Made by a program: the position numbers and the translations under genes. A DNA stretch of 62,251 nucleotides, counting the filler. It is 9 parts of 9 records of this genome, joined end to end, with 100 filler letters (N's around TTAATTAATTAA, not from the genome) between each part and the next. Parts side by side here need not be neighbours in the genome. Positions count along the whole stretch, not along the records: positions 11,258 to 17,905 come from DRR723986_31936; positions 18,006 to 30,252 come from DRR723986_31948; 7 more parts are not named here. One strand, written 5' to 3'. The notes beneath the pieces were generated by a model that searched no databases, was not told the DNA's origin, and saw nothing but the letters and a program-made list of their open reading frames with translations. Below are positions 11,258 through 22,800 of this stretch, one piece after another; position 1 is the first letter of the stretch, and each line of letters starts with the position of its first letter.

Positions 11258-11510
11258 GCGCGGCGACCTGCACGCCCGTCGTCAGGCGTCTGCACGTCTG
11301 AAAGAAGACCAGTATGTTGCGAAATTGTTCGACATCCTGGGTCCACGGTACAAAGACCGTCAAGGTGGCTATGTTCGCGTTCTGAAAGCGGGTTTCCGTT
11401 ACGGTGACATGGCGCCCATGGCGATCATCGAATTCGTAGACCGCGATCGCGATGCAAAAGGCGCAGCCGACAAGGCACGCACTGCAGCAGCGGAAGCAGC
11501 CGAAGAATAA
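11258..11510 (+). CDS. rplQ: 50S ribosomal protein L17, C-terminal part
   Basis: [10 protein letters not shown]...[32 protein letters not shown]. Confidence 0.95.
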
Positions 11511-11537
11511 GTTCAAAGTGGCTTTTGCCGCTTTTAG

Positions 11538-11572
11538 GGCCCTTGCTCAGCTGAGCAAGGGCCTTTTTGTTT
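11538..11572 (+). terminator. Rho-independent terminator after rplQ
   Basis: Perfect 26-bp palindrome GGCCCTTGCTCAGCTGAGCAAGGGCC followed by TTTTTGTTT. Confidence 0.85.
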
Positions 11573-11691
11573 GTAAAACCGCGCGTTTATCAATGACTGC
11601 AAATGACCGAGGGGGATTACCCAATGGGATCGCTTGCAATCTGTGGGTCCGCCCCGCATATCCGAGGGAACATGAAAATACCGGAGGCTCC

Positions 11692-13074
11692 ATGTTTCGT
11701 GCAGTTTTGACAGCAGCAATGGTACTGAGTGCCTCTTTCATCGGTGCAGAAACACGTGTGCCGACATCACAGAGCGAAATTTCCATGGGATTCGCGCCTG
11801 TGGTCAAGAAGTCCGCCCCGGCTGTGGTGAATATCTACGCAAAGATTATCACTGAGGGACGGCCCAATCCGCTGTTCTCTGATCCCTTCTTTCAGGACTT
11901 TTTTGGTGGCTCTTCCGCGCCTCGCCCCCGCGTGCAGAATTCTCTGGGGTCAGGGGTTATTCTGTCCGGCGATGGGTTGGTTGTTTCCAACTATCATGTG
12001 GTTGGTATGGCGTCTGAAATTCAGGTGGTAACAACGGATCGGCGCGAGTTTTCCGCCAAAGTCGTGCTTGGGGATGAAGAAAGCGATATCGCAATTCTTC
12101 AGATCGAAGAGGTTTCCGATCTCCCTTATTTGGCGCTGCGCAATTCTGATCAGGTCGAAGTTGGGGAATTGGCTTTGGCGATCGGGAATCCGTTTGGGAT
12201 CGGGCAAACTGTTTCAAGCGGTATTGTTTCAGGACTGGCGCGATCTGGGGCGGCGACAGGTCAGGCGCGGGGCTATTTCATCCAAACGGATGCGGCGATT
12301 AACCCGGGGAATTCGGGTGGTGCGCTGATCGACGTGAACGGGGACTTGATTGGTATCAACACCTCGATCCTCAGCCGGTCAGGCGGATCTAATGGCATTG
12401 GCTTTGCTATTCCGGCGAACTTGGTGGCCGAATTTATGCGCCAAGCGCGCGCGGGGCGCCCCTATTTCCAACGCCCCTGGGCGGGGATGGCCGGGCAACC
12501 TATGACGTCGGATATTGCCGACTCTCTTGGCCTAGCCTTACCCGAAGGGATTGTGATTTCAGATCTTCATGCAGAAAGCCCCTTTGCGGTTGCTGGTTTC
12601 AAAGTGGGCGATGTGATCACCATGGTTGACGGAAAGATTGTGAATTCCCCGTCTGAGATGGTTTTCCGCATGTCTGTGGCTGGGATCGGCGGTGAAGTCA
12701 CCGTCTCCCGTCTGCGTGGTCAGGATTTGAGCGATGTTCGTGTCTCTATGCTGGCCCCCCCTGATGAACCTGCATCAGATCCGATAACACTAGGGGATGA
12801 CACTGTGCTGCCCGGTTTAGGCCTGGCACGTATCAACCCAGCCGTAATTTCGCGTTTCGGCCTACCGCTTTCGACAGAAGGTGTGATCGTAACCGACCCC
12901 GGTCGGTACGGTGCCCGTGCGGGTTTACAGTTCGGGGATGTGTTGTCCGTCATCAATGACGAAGAGATGCGCACGACTTCGGATATACGCGTAGCACTGA
13001 CAGATCCGGGGCGGTGGGTTAAACTCGATCTGATGCGACGTGGGCAGTGGGTCTCGTTGCGGTTTCGGATGTAA
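11692..13074 (+). CDS. Periplasmic Do/DegP-family serine protease with two PDZ domains
   Basis: Signal peptide from MFRAV (GGAGG upstream); SNYHVV, SDIA, QTDAAINPGNSGG. Confidence 0.92.
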   Translation: MFRAVLTAAMVLSASFIGAETRVPTSQSEISMGFAPVVKKSAPAVVNIYAKIITEGRPNPLFSDPFFQDFFGGSSAPRPRVQNSLGSGVILSGDGLVVSNYHVVGMASEIQVVTTDRREFSAKVVLGDEESDIAILQIEEVSDLPYLALRNSDQVEVGELALAIGNPFGIGQTVSSGIVSGLARSGAATGQARGYFIQTDAAINPGNSGGALIDVNGDLIGINTSILSRSGGSNGIGFAIPANLVAEFMRQARAGRPYFQRPWAGMAGQPMTSDIADSLGLALPEGIVISDLHAESPFAVAGFKVGDVITMVDGKIVNSPSEMVFRMSVAGIGGEVTVSRLRGQDLSDVRVSMLAPPDEPASDPITLGDDTVLPGLGLARINPAVISRFGLPLSTEGVIVTDPGRYGARAGLQFGDVLSVINDEEMRTTSDIRVALTDPGRWVKLDLMRRGQWVSLRFRM

Positions 13075-13077
13075 GCG

Positions 13078-14385
13078 ATGTCAGATCTATTCGATCTCGG
13101 AGCACAACAAGGCAATCGACCGCTTGCCGCTGCGCTGCGGCCGGAAACGCTTGATGATGTGATTGGTCAGCAAGCGATTACGGCAGAGGGGTCCACTCTG
13201 CGGCGCAGAATTGCGGCGGATCAGCTTGGTAGTGTTGTTCTTTACGGCCCCCCGGGAATAGGAAAAACATCAATCGCGCGCGCCGTGGGCAATATGCTGA
13301 GCAAGGATTTTCGCCCGCTTCACGCGACACGCGCCGGGGTAAAGGAAATTCGCCAACTATCGGACGAGGCGCGGATACGTCCGCTGCTCATTTTCGTGGA
13401 CGAGGTGCACCGATTTTCAGCCACACAGGCGGATGATCTTCTTGCGATCTGCGAAGAGGGTACGGCCGATTTCATCGGTGCCACGACCCAGAACCCGTAT
13501 ACAGCATTACCGAAAGCTCTGGTTTCACGATCCACGATCCTAAAGCTCGAGCCGATCTCGATCAGTGACATGATTACCGTGCTTGATCGTGGGCTCGATC
13601 ATTTGGCAAGTATGGGGATTCAGGTCGCCCTGTCACCGGAGCACAAACAACTCATCGCTGGCAGATCTGGGGGGGACGCGCGCCGCGCGCTGACAACCCT
13701 CGAAGGGCTTTGCGTTGGCCATGCCCGGGGTGCGCCGGTCGTTGTGACTGAGGAAATGATCGAGGACGCCTATATGGCGGCTCCGGTAAATCATGACCGA
13801 TCAGGCGATCAGCACTACGATGTCATCTCCGCCTTTATCAAGTCCATGCGCGGCGGGGCGGCAGATGCTGTCCTGTATTGGTTGGCGCGGCTTATTCATG
13901 GTGGGGAAGACCCACGTTTTATTGCGCGCCGCATCATGATTCAGGCCTCTGAGGATGTGGGGCTTGCCGATAACACTGCGCTCCAGACCGCTGTCGCGGC
14001 GGCGCAGGCGGTAGAAATGATCGGGTATCCCGAGGCTCGGATCATTTTGGCGCATGCGGCGCTGCATGTTGCGCGTGCGCCTAAATCGGGTTCGGCCAAT
14101 CACGGGATATCGGCTGCTTTGTCCGCTGTGGCGCAAGAGGCACCATTACCGGTTCCCTTGCACCTGCGCGATGCGCATTATCAAGGGGCCGAGGCGTTGG
14201 GGCATGTGGGCTATCGCAGCCCGCACAAGGACCCAAAGGGTTGGATTGATCAAGATTACGCGCCGGGTGTGCCGTCAGGGCGGTTTTACGTGAGCGAGGC
14301 GCGAGACGCGGCGACGTTTGAAAAACGCGCCGATGACTATTGGGAACGGGTTACAGGCAGACCCTCGCCCAAATTGTTCGAATAG
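13078..14385 (+). CDS. rarA: Replication-associated recombination protein A (AAA+ ATPase), divergent
   Basis: GPPGIGKT, FVDEVHRF, GDARRAL, HYDVISAFIKSMRG, ASEDVGLAD, VPLHLRDA. Confidence 0.9.
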   Translation: MSDLFDLGAQQGNRPLAAALRPETLDDVIGQQAITAEGSTLRRRIAADQLGSVVLYGPPGIGKTSIARAVGNMLSKDFRPLHATRAGVKEIRQLSDEARIRPLLIFVDEVHRFSATQADDLLAICEEGTADFIGATTQNPYTALPKALVSRSTILKLEPISISDMITVLDRGLDHLASMGIQVALSPEHKQLIAGRSGGDARRALTTLEGLCVGHARGAPVVVTEEMIEDAYMAAPVNHDRSGDQHYDVISAFIKSMRGGAADAVLYWLARLIHGGEDPRFIARRIMIQASEDVGLADNTALQTAVAAAQAVEMIGYPEARIILAHAALHVARAPKSGSANHGISAALSAVAQEAPLPVPLHLRDAHYQGAEALGHVGYRSPHKDPKGWIDQDYAPGVPSGRFYVSEARDAATFEKRADDYWERVTGRPSPKLFE

Positions 14386-14486
14386 GCGGCACAGTCTTCT
14401 TGCGACTCGATTGGCTGCGAATTCGGGTGCAATGTGGTGATCAGAGCAGATAGTTTGGTGAAACGCGGGGTGAAATGCAGCGAATC

Positions 14487-14515
14487 TTGACATTCCCCCT
14501 GATGCGCGCGACAGA
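14487..14515 (+). promoter_or_regulatory. Putative promoter giving a leaderless crcB mRNA
   Basis: TTGACA-17 nt-GACAGA ending 6 nt before the ATG; no SD. Confidence 0.45.
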
Positions 14516-14521
14516 CCGCGC

Positions 14522-14902
14522 ATGATCTCATCGGTTTTACATGTAGCGCTTGGCGGCGCCATCGGGGCGTCGCTCCGGTATCTGACAGGTATTGGCGTAT
14601 TGCGCGCCTTTGGCCATCAGGAGTTTCCTGTCGCCATATTGACGGTCAACGTCATCGGGTCGTTCCTGATGGGCGTTTTTGTGATCGCAGCGGCACATCG
14701 CGGACTGACACATCTCAGTCCTTTCGTGATGACCGGGCTGATGGGCGGGTTTACGACTTTTTCGGCGTTTTCGCTGGAAGCGGTGAACCTTTATGAACGC
14801 GGAGCCATCGGGCACGCGGCACTTTATGTGGGGCTGTCCGTTGGGCTGTCTCTGGCGGCGCTTATGGCGGGGCTATTTCTTGCAAGGGGGCTCTGGGCAT
14901 GA
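14522..14902 (+). CDS. crcB: Fluoride efflux channel Fluc/CrcB
   Basis: GGAIGASLRY, TVNVIGSF, GGFTTFSAFS. Confidence 0.95.
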   Translation: MISSVLHVALGGAIGASLRYLTGIGVLRAFGHQEFPVAILTVNVIGSFLMGVFVIAAAHRGLTHLSPFVMTGLMGGFTTFSAFSLEAVNLYERGAIGHAALYVGLSVGLSLAALMAGLFLARGLWA

Positions 14903-15942
14903 GCGGCGTACAAATGATTACTGTGGGTGATGACGATGGCGATCAGCGGTTGGACCGCTGGCTGCGCCGGATGTTCCCACACCTAAGCCAAGGGCGCGTC
15001 GAAAAGATGTGCCGCAAAGGCGAGTTGCGGGTCGAAGGCGGCCGGGTCAAGGCCTCGACAAGGTTGGAGATCGGGCAAGTGGTGCGGGTTCCCCCGCTGC
15101 CGGATACTGATCACAAGCCTACCCCGTTGAGAGATCGCGTATCCGATGCAGATGCCAAGATGATCCAAGACTGCGTGATCTACCGGGATGATCAGGTGAT
15201 CGCGATCAACAAGCCTTGGGGCTTGGCGGTTCAGGGCGGCAGCGGTCAGACGCGCCATGTGGATGGCTTGGCCGAAGCGCTTCGTTTTGGCAACGAGGAC
15301 AAGCCGCGCCTTGTCCACCGGTTGGACAAGGACACATCCGGTGTCTTGGTCATGGCACGCACCCGCGAAGCGGCCAAATCCTTGACCGCTGCGTTCCGTC
15401 ACCGTGATACGCGCAAGATCTATTGGGCGTTGGTTGCAGGGGTGCCGACCCCCTATCTGGGTGAGATTAAAACTGGTCTGGTAAAAGCAGGCGGTCACGG
15501 CAAGCAGGGCGAAGGCGAAAAGATGATCGCCATTGATCCGCGCGATATTGACGGAACATATGGCGCCAAACGCGCGCATACGGTTTACGCGACGCTCTAC
15601 CGTGTTGCGGGACGGGCGTCGTGGGTCGCCATGGAACCGATCACCGGCCGGACGCATCAGTTGCGGGCTCATATGTCTGGCATGGGGCATCCCATCATTG
15701 GCGATGGTAAATATGGCGGTTCTGGGCAAGAAAACCTAGGCGACGGTTGGGGTGCGCAACTTGGCGGCGTCATTAGCAAAAAACTGCATCTGCACGCCCG
15801 TAGCCTATCCTTTGAGCATCCGACGACACGCAAGCCTGTCACGATCAAGGCGCACTTACCGGATCACATGGCTGAAACGTGGGATACCTTTGGCTGGTCC
15901 GAGGATTTGGCCGCAGACGATCCGTTTGAATCTCTGCAATGA
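14899..15942 (+). CDS. rluC: RluA/RluC-family pseudouridine synthase with S4 domain
   Basis: QRLDRWL, HRLDKDTSG, TGRTHQLRAH, LHLHA. Confidence 0.88.
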   Translation: MSGVQMITVGDDDGDQRLDRWLRRMFPHLSQGRVEKMCRKGELRVEGGRVKASTRLEIGQVVRVPPLPDTDHKPTPLRDRVSDADAKMIQDCVIYRDDQVIAINKPWGLAVQGGSGQTRHVDGLAEALRFGNEDKPRLVHRLDKDTSGVLVMARTREAAKSLTAAFRHRDTRKIYWALVAGVPTPYLGEIKTGLVKAGGHGKQGEGEKMIAIDPRDIDGTYGAKRAHTVYATLYRVAGRASWVAMEPITGRTHQLRAHMSGMGHPIIGDGKYGGSGQENLGDGWGAQLGGVISKKLHLHARSLSFEHPTTRKPVTIKAHLPDHMAETWDTFGWSEDLAADDPFESLQ

Positions 15943-16610
15943 TCAAGCCATTGCGCCTGATCATATTTGATGTCGATGGGACGCTGGTCGACAGTCAGGC
16001 CAGTATCGTCGGGGCAATGACTGCGGCGTTTGAGGCGTTGTCAGTGCCAGTCCCAAGTCGCAGGGCGATCTTATCCATTGTCGGGTTGTCGCTGCCACAA
16101 GCGATGGCCCGTTTGGTGCCCGAGCAATCCGATCAGATCCAAGCCCAGCTGGTGCAGGGATACAAAGATTTCTACCGGGATCAGCGCCTTGCGTTGGGGG
16201 CCGCTCATTCGCCTCTCTATCCCGGTGCGCGTGAAATCTTGGACAGGCTGCATGATGTTCCCGAGTTCCTGCTGGGTATTGCCACAGGGAAATCCCTGCG
16301 CGGGTTGGACGGATTGATTGAAGCACACGGATTGGAACGGTATTTTGTGACCAAGCAGGTTGCCGATTTCCATCCCTCTAAGCCGCATCCGTCGATGATC
16401 GAAACAGCGCTAAGGGAAGCCGGGGTTGATGCATCAGCTGCTGTGATGATCGGAGACACTAGTTTCGACATGGAGATGGCGGCCAACGCCGGAGTGACGG
16501 GCATTGGTGTAAGCTGGGGGTACCACGATACATCTGCGCTACAGCATGCGGCTCAGATCATTGATACATTTGACGCGCTGCCTGAAACGCTGGCGCAAAT
16601 CTGGACATAA
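15939..16610 (+). CDS. HAD-IA hydrolase (phosphoglycolate phosphatase-like)
   Basis: FDVDGTLVDS, SKPHP, MIGDTSFD. Confidence 0.9.
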   Translation: MIKPLRLIIFDVDGTLVDSQASIVGAMTAAFEALSVPVPSRRAILSIVGLSLPQAMARLVPEQSDQIQAQLVQGYKDFYRDQRLALGAAHSPLYPGAREILDRLHDVPEFLLGIATGKSLRGLDGLIEAHGLERYFVTKQVADFHPSKPHPSMIETALREAGVDASAAVMIGDTSFDMEMAANAGVTGIGVSWGYHDTSALQHAAQIIDTFDALPETLAQIWT

Positions 16611-16613
16611 AAC

Positions 16614-17321
16614 ATGAGTGAATGGAAACCAAAACGGTTCTGGGAAAATAGCCTGGTTGTCGAAGCCGAAAATGGGTTCACCGTTGAGCTGGACGGGCGT
16701 CGGGTCAAAACCCCGGCCAAAGCTGGGTTGATTGTCCCAACGCGCGCGATGGCAGACGCAATCGCGGCTGAGTGGGATGCTCAGGACGGGCAGGTGGATC
16801 CTGGCACGATGCCAATGACCCGATCTGCCAATGCGGCAATTGATAAAGTGCGTCACCAACACGCAGAGGTGGCCGATATGTTGGCCGCTTATGGTGATTC
16901 GGATTTATTGTGTTATCGGGCGGATTCCCCTCGAGAATTGGTTCAAAGACAAGCGGAACAGTGGGATCCTGCCTTGGATTGGGCTGCTGAAACATTGAAT
17001 GTGCGCCTTGTTTCGCAATCAGGTGTGATCCATCGTCCCCAAAATTCCGAAGTCATCGAAACGCTCACTAAAGCGGTTCACGCGTTGGATTCTTTTCAAC
17101 TCGCCGCATTTCACGATCTTGTCAGTTTGTCTGGATCGCTGATTTTGGGCTTTGGCGCTGCAAAAGATTGGCGCAAACCCGACCAAATCTGGCAGATTTC
17201 GCGTCTGGACGAGCTTTGGCAAGAAGAATTGTGGGGCGTCGATGAAGAAGCCCAAAAAATGAGTGACGTGAAACGTCAGGCCTTTTTGCACGCGAAACGG
17301 TTTTTCGATTTCTCTGGTTGA
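16614..17321 (+). CDS. ATP12-family chaperone
   Basis: KRFW, LDGRRVKTP, AIAAEWDAQ, DLLCYRA, LDELWQEELWG. Confidence 0.92.
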   Translation: MSEWKPKRFWENSLVVEAENGFTVELDGRRVKTPAKAGLIVPTRAMADAIAAEWDAQDGQVDPGTMPMTRSANAAIDKVRHQHAEVADMLAAYGDSDLLCYRADSPRELVQRQAEQWDPALDWAAETLNVRLVSQSGVIHRPQNSEVIETLTKAVHALDSFQLAAFHDLVSLSGSLILGFGAAKDWRKPDQIWQISRLDELWQEELWGVDEEAQKMSDVKRQAFLHAKRFFDFSG

Positions 17322-17530
17322 GACCGTAAACTATCATTTTTGCTCAAGTTTCCCTTGGGGCAACTAGGGTGCATTTCATCGAAAGGGGTGATGCAACCCT
17401 TGACGTTTGTTGATGATTGCGACCACACTCGGGCCCACTGAAGGGGAGTGAACTTTTCGGTATTAAATCCGGCATTACTCAAGCCGGCAAAGCCGCCCCA
17501 CAATGAGGCGGACATCAGGAAGAGGTAAAA

Positions 17531-17905
17531 ATGAAAAAATCCGTAGTTTTCGGCGCGCTCACCGTCGCTGGCTTGGCAGCAAGCGCTGCTGCAGCTGGCA
17601 CGATGGATGATGTAAAAGCACGTGGCACATTGAACTGTGGCGTAACAACCGGTCTGGTTGGCTTTGCCGCACCAGATGCGAATGGCGAATGGAACGGTTT
17701 TGACGTTTCGGTTTGCCGCGCCGTTGCAGCCGCAGTTTTGGGAGACGCTTCTGCTGTTACGTTCGTACCGACCACCGGTAAGACACGCTTTACTGCGCTG
17801 GCTTCTGGCGAAATCGATGTGCTTGCACGTAACACCACTTGGACGTTCTCGCGCGATGTTGACCTCAAGTTCACCTTTGTTGGCGTGAACTACTATGACG
17901 GTCAG
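17531..17905 (+). CDS. aapJ: General L-amino acid ABC transporter substrate-binding protein, N-terminal part
   Basis: VKARGTLNCGV, RFTALASGEIDVLARNTTWTFSRD, YYDGQ. Confidence 0.9.
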
Positions 17906-18005
17906 NNNNNNNNNNNNNNNNNNNNNNNNNNNNNNNNNNNNNNNNNNNNTTAATTAATTAANNNNNNNNNNNNNNNNNNNNNNNNNNNNNNNNNNNNNNN
18001 NNNNN
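17906..18005. other. Artificial contig spacer
   Basis: N-run + TTAATTAATTAA + N-run. Confidence 0.98.
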
Positions 18006-19816
18006 GGGCAAACACGATACTGGGAGTTGCATTTCCCCCATTTGCTGCAAGTCTGAAAGATCCGTCGACACTATCGCCCCAGGAACTTACTGAGCAAAAG
18101 AATCAGGTAACCACCTGGTTGCAGCAGCAATACCCTTTTGTAGAGTTGGTTGACGACAATAAACAGTTGATCGATCTTGCAACCTTGCTTGCGACACACC
18201 CTGATTGGAGCGATTCACGGCCCATGCTTCTCGATGGCGCCGTCTTGGGGGAATTCAGCAGTTTAACAGCAGGTCAAAAAGCCGAAGATCCATTGTTAAC
18301 GGCAATTCAGGCCTATACCTCACTTACAGGCAAGTCCGTACTTTCACAAGCCCTGAGTGGGTTTAACGATGCCTTGCTTACACAAGAACGTGAATTTCAG
18401 TTGCCTGTTTGGGACTGGCGCGTCATGAATTTTCCTGACCAAAAAGCGTATGCACGCGATTTGGTTAATAATCTTGACGGCGTATGCACGGCGCCAGTAT
18501 TTGATGGCGTGTTCCTGCCCATCCGCGCCGGACTAATGCAGGTTTCCGGATTAACAATAGTCGATTCATTTGGGCAATTTCTGCCGCTGGAATACGGAGG
18601 TCCCAGCGCGACGAAAAAGTCTGAACGAATGACGATTCTCAACAATGTAGCTGCGTCAGTAAACAACCCCTCTGACATTGCCACGGCGATTGAGAATAAC
18701 AACTACTTGTACTTGCCACCGCGATTCGCTCAGGAAACACGACTCAATTTTCGCTGGTTATCAGCTGATATGGGCAATGCCTCAGGAGTTGGTGATGAAA
18801 TTGAAATGAATGATCACCCTGCGACGACGCCTGTTTGTGCATGGGTGCTACCCAACAATCTTGAAGGCAGCCTGGCAATATATGCCGCCGATGGTACAAC
18901 ACTCGGATCTGTGGTTCAAAGCAACGCAGACGGCACATTCTCAATTGTATGGCAATCAGCGCCGGGCACCAATAATTACACGCCCTTATCAGGACTGCCA
19001 AATCAACATCTGTCCAACTTTGTTAACAACATCATAAGCTGGGGATCAGAGAGCCAGAGCAATTGGCAAAACTTTCTATCCGACATCAACACGGCTTTAC
19101 AAAACATTGACCCTAAGAGTTTTGCGCAGCATCCGGCTCTGTCATTGCTCCTGGGCAGACCAATGGCATTGGTGCGAACCAGTATTCAATTGCAAAGCAG
19201 AGGATACCCGGACGTAGATCAAACAGTCAAAGCGTTTAACTATGCCCGATGCAAAAATTTGTTCACACGCCTGACCAATGGATTTGATGAAGCGGAACTT
19301 CCCGTGCGCCTCGGTGAGTCCAAACAACTTAATGATGGCCTGGTGGCCTATTTTGTAGAAGATGCTACGGGCGGGTTCACGCCGGGAGCATCAGGCTTGG
19401 CACATTTTCCCGAGACTGAACAAAGCGGAACTGAAGCAGATACCCTGAGTTTGACCTTGTCCGGGCCCCCTACCAAACTAAGCATGTTGGTTGACCCCAG
19501 GGGATCAGTCCATGCGACATGCGGTTTCCTTCCGGTGAAGGAAATAAATATCCCACCGGACCAATTTTCAGAAGTTCTCAGTACCCTGTCCCTTACCTTT
19601 TTGACATCACCGCTTCTTACACCGCTCCAAAGTGTTAAATACCCACTGCCGGCAGAAGCAGGTTATGCCTGGTCATGGCTAGACCGACCGACGGGATTTA
19701 CCTGGAACCGTGTCGCTGATATTCAGAATACATCTAGAGAAGCAATATACCAGCAACAACGGATTTTGGAAGGATGGTTAAAGTTAAGTCCCCAAACTGA
19801 GAAAGAAATAAACTAA
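18006..19816 (+). CDS. Large conserved hypothetical protein, C-terminal part (partner of DUF6603-type loci)
   Basis: Frame open from contig edge; motifs LSQALSGFNDALL, PIRAG..IVDSFGQ, LPPRFAQ..RL.FRW, GRPMALVR, DPRGSVHATCGFLP, terminal GWLKL. Confidence 0.8.
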
Positions 19817-19828
19817 AAGGACGCGATA

Positions 19829-22800
19829 ATGCCTAGCACTTTTGGAAATATATTCACCTTCGCCCCACCTGCGGAACCCGACGGATCGGAATTCTTCTAT
19901 GATCTCCTGACCGGTTGTCAAAATTCAATGGAGTGTCATAAGAAGGTTCTTGAACTATTCCTGAACACATTGAAATTATCCAGCATCAAGTATCGTACAG
20001 GAGCATTTCAGTCTGATCCAGCAGTTCCCAGCATAGGCACCGATGCAGATTTGATTCAATTGTTAACATATATTCCAGAAGACATTAAATACCCTTACAA
20101 TCAGGTTTTGTATGAACAGTGGAATCTTGCAGAGAACAATGCTAACATTGGAGCGTTCGCCAACTATGTGCAGACTTACTCTGAAGCAAATATTCCAGAA
20201 ACATTACAAGATGCGGTTAATCATGTTAAGTCAATTCATTATGCTGTTGCGTACAATGATTTGGTGACAGGGTACAAACAAAAAGATTGGACAAATGCAC
20301 CTGGTGTGCCGGCGCTTCCGGAATTAATAGTAGATACACTACCTAGTGGTCCTTCACTCCACACTGACATGCTAAAAGATAAGCTTCAAATTCTTCAACA
20401 ATGGATTTCTACAAATGACCCCAGTCTCAAGGCATTAACAGAAGCACATGCGATGGCGGACGCTTCAACTATTTTAACCGCCGTTTTCGGCCCCCCTCCA
20501 AACCCTGAAATCAATACTATACATTTTTGTGAACTCCTAGTTTCAAACATTCAAAACAATGGCTGGGAGACGTTAGTTGACAAAAGCGCAAAAAGACTGT
20601 TTTTCGAAACAGTACAAACCGCCTTCAGTACGATAGATTTTTGGATTAACAACCCAGATACCAAGCGACTCGTCCAAGCATTTTTAACGCATACTCCTTT
20701 ACAGTGGAACAAAAATCCAGAAATATCCGTAAAGGCATTCGAAATAATCAGCCAAATATTTGGCTCCGCCATCACACCCGGTGAAGGCGGAGTTTCGAAT
20801 CCTGCCTACCTAGCTGTTCGGAACACTTTCAATCAATTTGCAGATATTTCTGCCGCTACCTCCACTTTTCTATTCGCTCGACTGCAAGATACTTGTTTGA
20901 ATCTACAAGCCATTGTAAATGAAGATCCTTCCACCCTTAAGGCCTTTTGTAATGAAATTGATAGACCAGTACCCCCAACTATCCACTATTCAGAATTAGA
21001 TGCGCTAATCGAAGTGGTTGGCGATGTTTTACAAATGATTGGCCTAACACTATCCCCAAATGGACCATCTGTCCGTCTTTTTCCATTTAGCATCTTTGAC
21101 GATCTTAGATCGAAGCCCAATGCCATACGCTTGCTGGGAGAAGGTACTGTGCAGAAAACAAATGATATTGAAGTTTCTGCAGACGCATCTGAAACTACCG
21201 GCGAACCACCTGAAACAAAACCTTATTGGCGGCCGATTGTCGGCGTATTCACTGACGAACATAATGGCAACGCTACATTTATTAAGTTCTTCAACTTTAA
21301 TGGAGCGAGTCAAGGATGCTTCTATTTCACAGATCCGAATAATCCAGGTTTAGTTCAGGCCAATGAGTTTTCGGACCCTCCGCAAGAACTATTCTTTGAT
21401 TTCATTTCAGTAACTGTCAATGGATCTGAAAGCGCGCTCAACGACGACGTGGCTGGTGTGTTACTGGGATCTCTATATGCTGTGCCAAAAGGGGCTGGAG
21501 TCAGCAAAGCAAATTTCTATTTGGCCGTTAGATCCTTATCTAAATGGACTAGGTTAAACGGTCAACGACATTATGATGCAATCTATGAAACCGGCTTTGA
21601 TTCCGATGGCAATGAACTCCCGGTTGATCCACATTTGATTTGGTACGTAGGCACGGGAGATTTGAATCGTTCCGACAAAGTGGATGATGAACTTTGTCTA
21701 TGGAAGTGGATGGCCAGTGAAAAACTTCAGAGCCAGTTTCCTGAGCTTCCCAATTTATTGGGGCTACCACCAGCCCGAAGAGTATCAAATGACGTCGCAG
21801 CTGCGTCCTCAGAAGAAATAGCCGGGCCTATAAAACAGTTTTTCCTGGTAGAGAATTTCGGGACAGGATACTTTGTACTAACAAATACACCGCACCCCAA
21901 GCTGCCAGCCCGTATAGATGAAGTGCTTCAAAGACATGCTGGCACTTCTACTTCAATTGATGAACAGGCACAAGGTATCCTGAGTCTTTTTGATTTTCAC
22001 TACTACCGAAAAATTGATGAGACAAAAATGTACAAAGTGATTAAATACCTTCCTGCTAGCAATAAGCCAAACTCAGATGCGGGTGGAATAGCCTTAGAAG
22101 AAACTGGACCGAATGATGAGAGTGCGATTGGCATAAGCCCGCCCCTTTCCTTTAGGCTCGGCAATAACATTATTTTTTTTAAAAATGATACGGCGCCGGG
22201 AAATCCCGCAGGGACATATTTAAAGAACAAGGGCAATCCGCTGTTTCGAGCCGGGAGAAAGCGGCTAGCGGCTGGGTCCGTGATGGCTAAGCTTCGCAAT
22301 GATATGAGTATAGCTGTTAAACCAGGGACGAACAGCTCATTATCAGCCACCAATTTTGCGAATTGGGTATTGGCAAACTCTCGGGGCGTTCTAGATCATT
22401 GGAATGGTTTAACGACAAATGGACGAGGTGATGTACCTACTGATCAGGAATGGTGCCATCTCCTGGGACATGGCGATGGTGGAGACGAGCGCTTGGGGAA
22501 CTTTGTCAGTGGCAGTTTTCACTGCAATACTGAACAGTTGGCTATGGAATCCAAAGGGCGAAGGCAAGTTACACAGAGAGCACCGAAAGGCAGTTTCGAA
22601 TTGCGCAGTACGGCATATATGTTCAACAATAGTCAAGATTTACTATCCAACAACTACCTCAGATACGATGGGGCCTATCAGAAAATGGTGCAGGTTTATA
22701 GTACTTTGAAAAAGCAACCGGAGTCGGCTATGCGAACCGACGGAGCAGGAGCAGTAGCTCCATTTGCGGCTCTAATGCGCTACAAAATGTATCACAATGT

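Noticed and set aside
14386-14521. Fluoride riboswitch upstream of crcB
   Set aside because: The GGCGATGG...TGATG/TAATG pseudoknot consensus is not recognisable by eye
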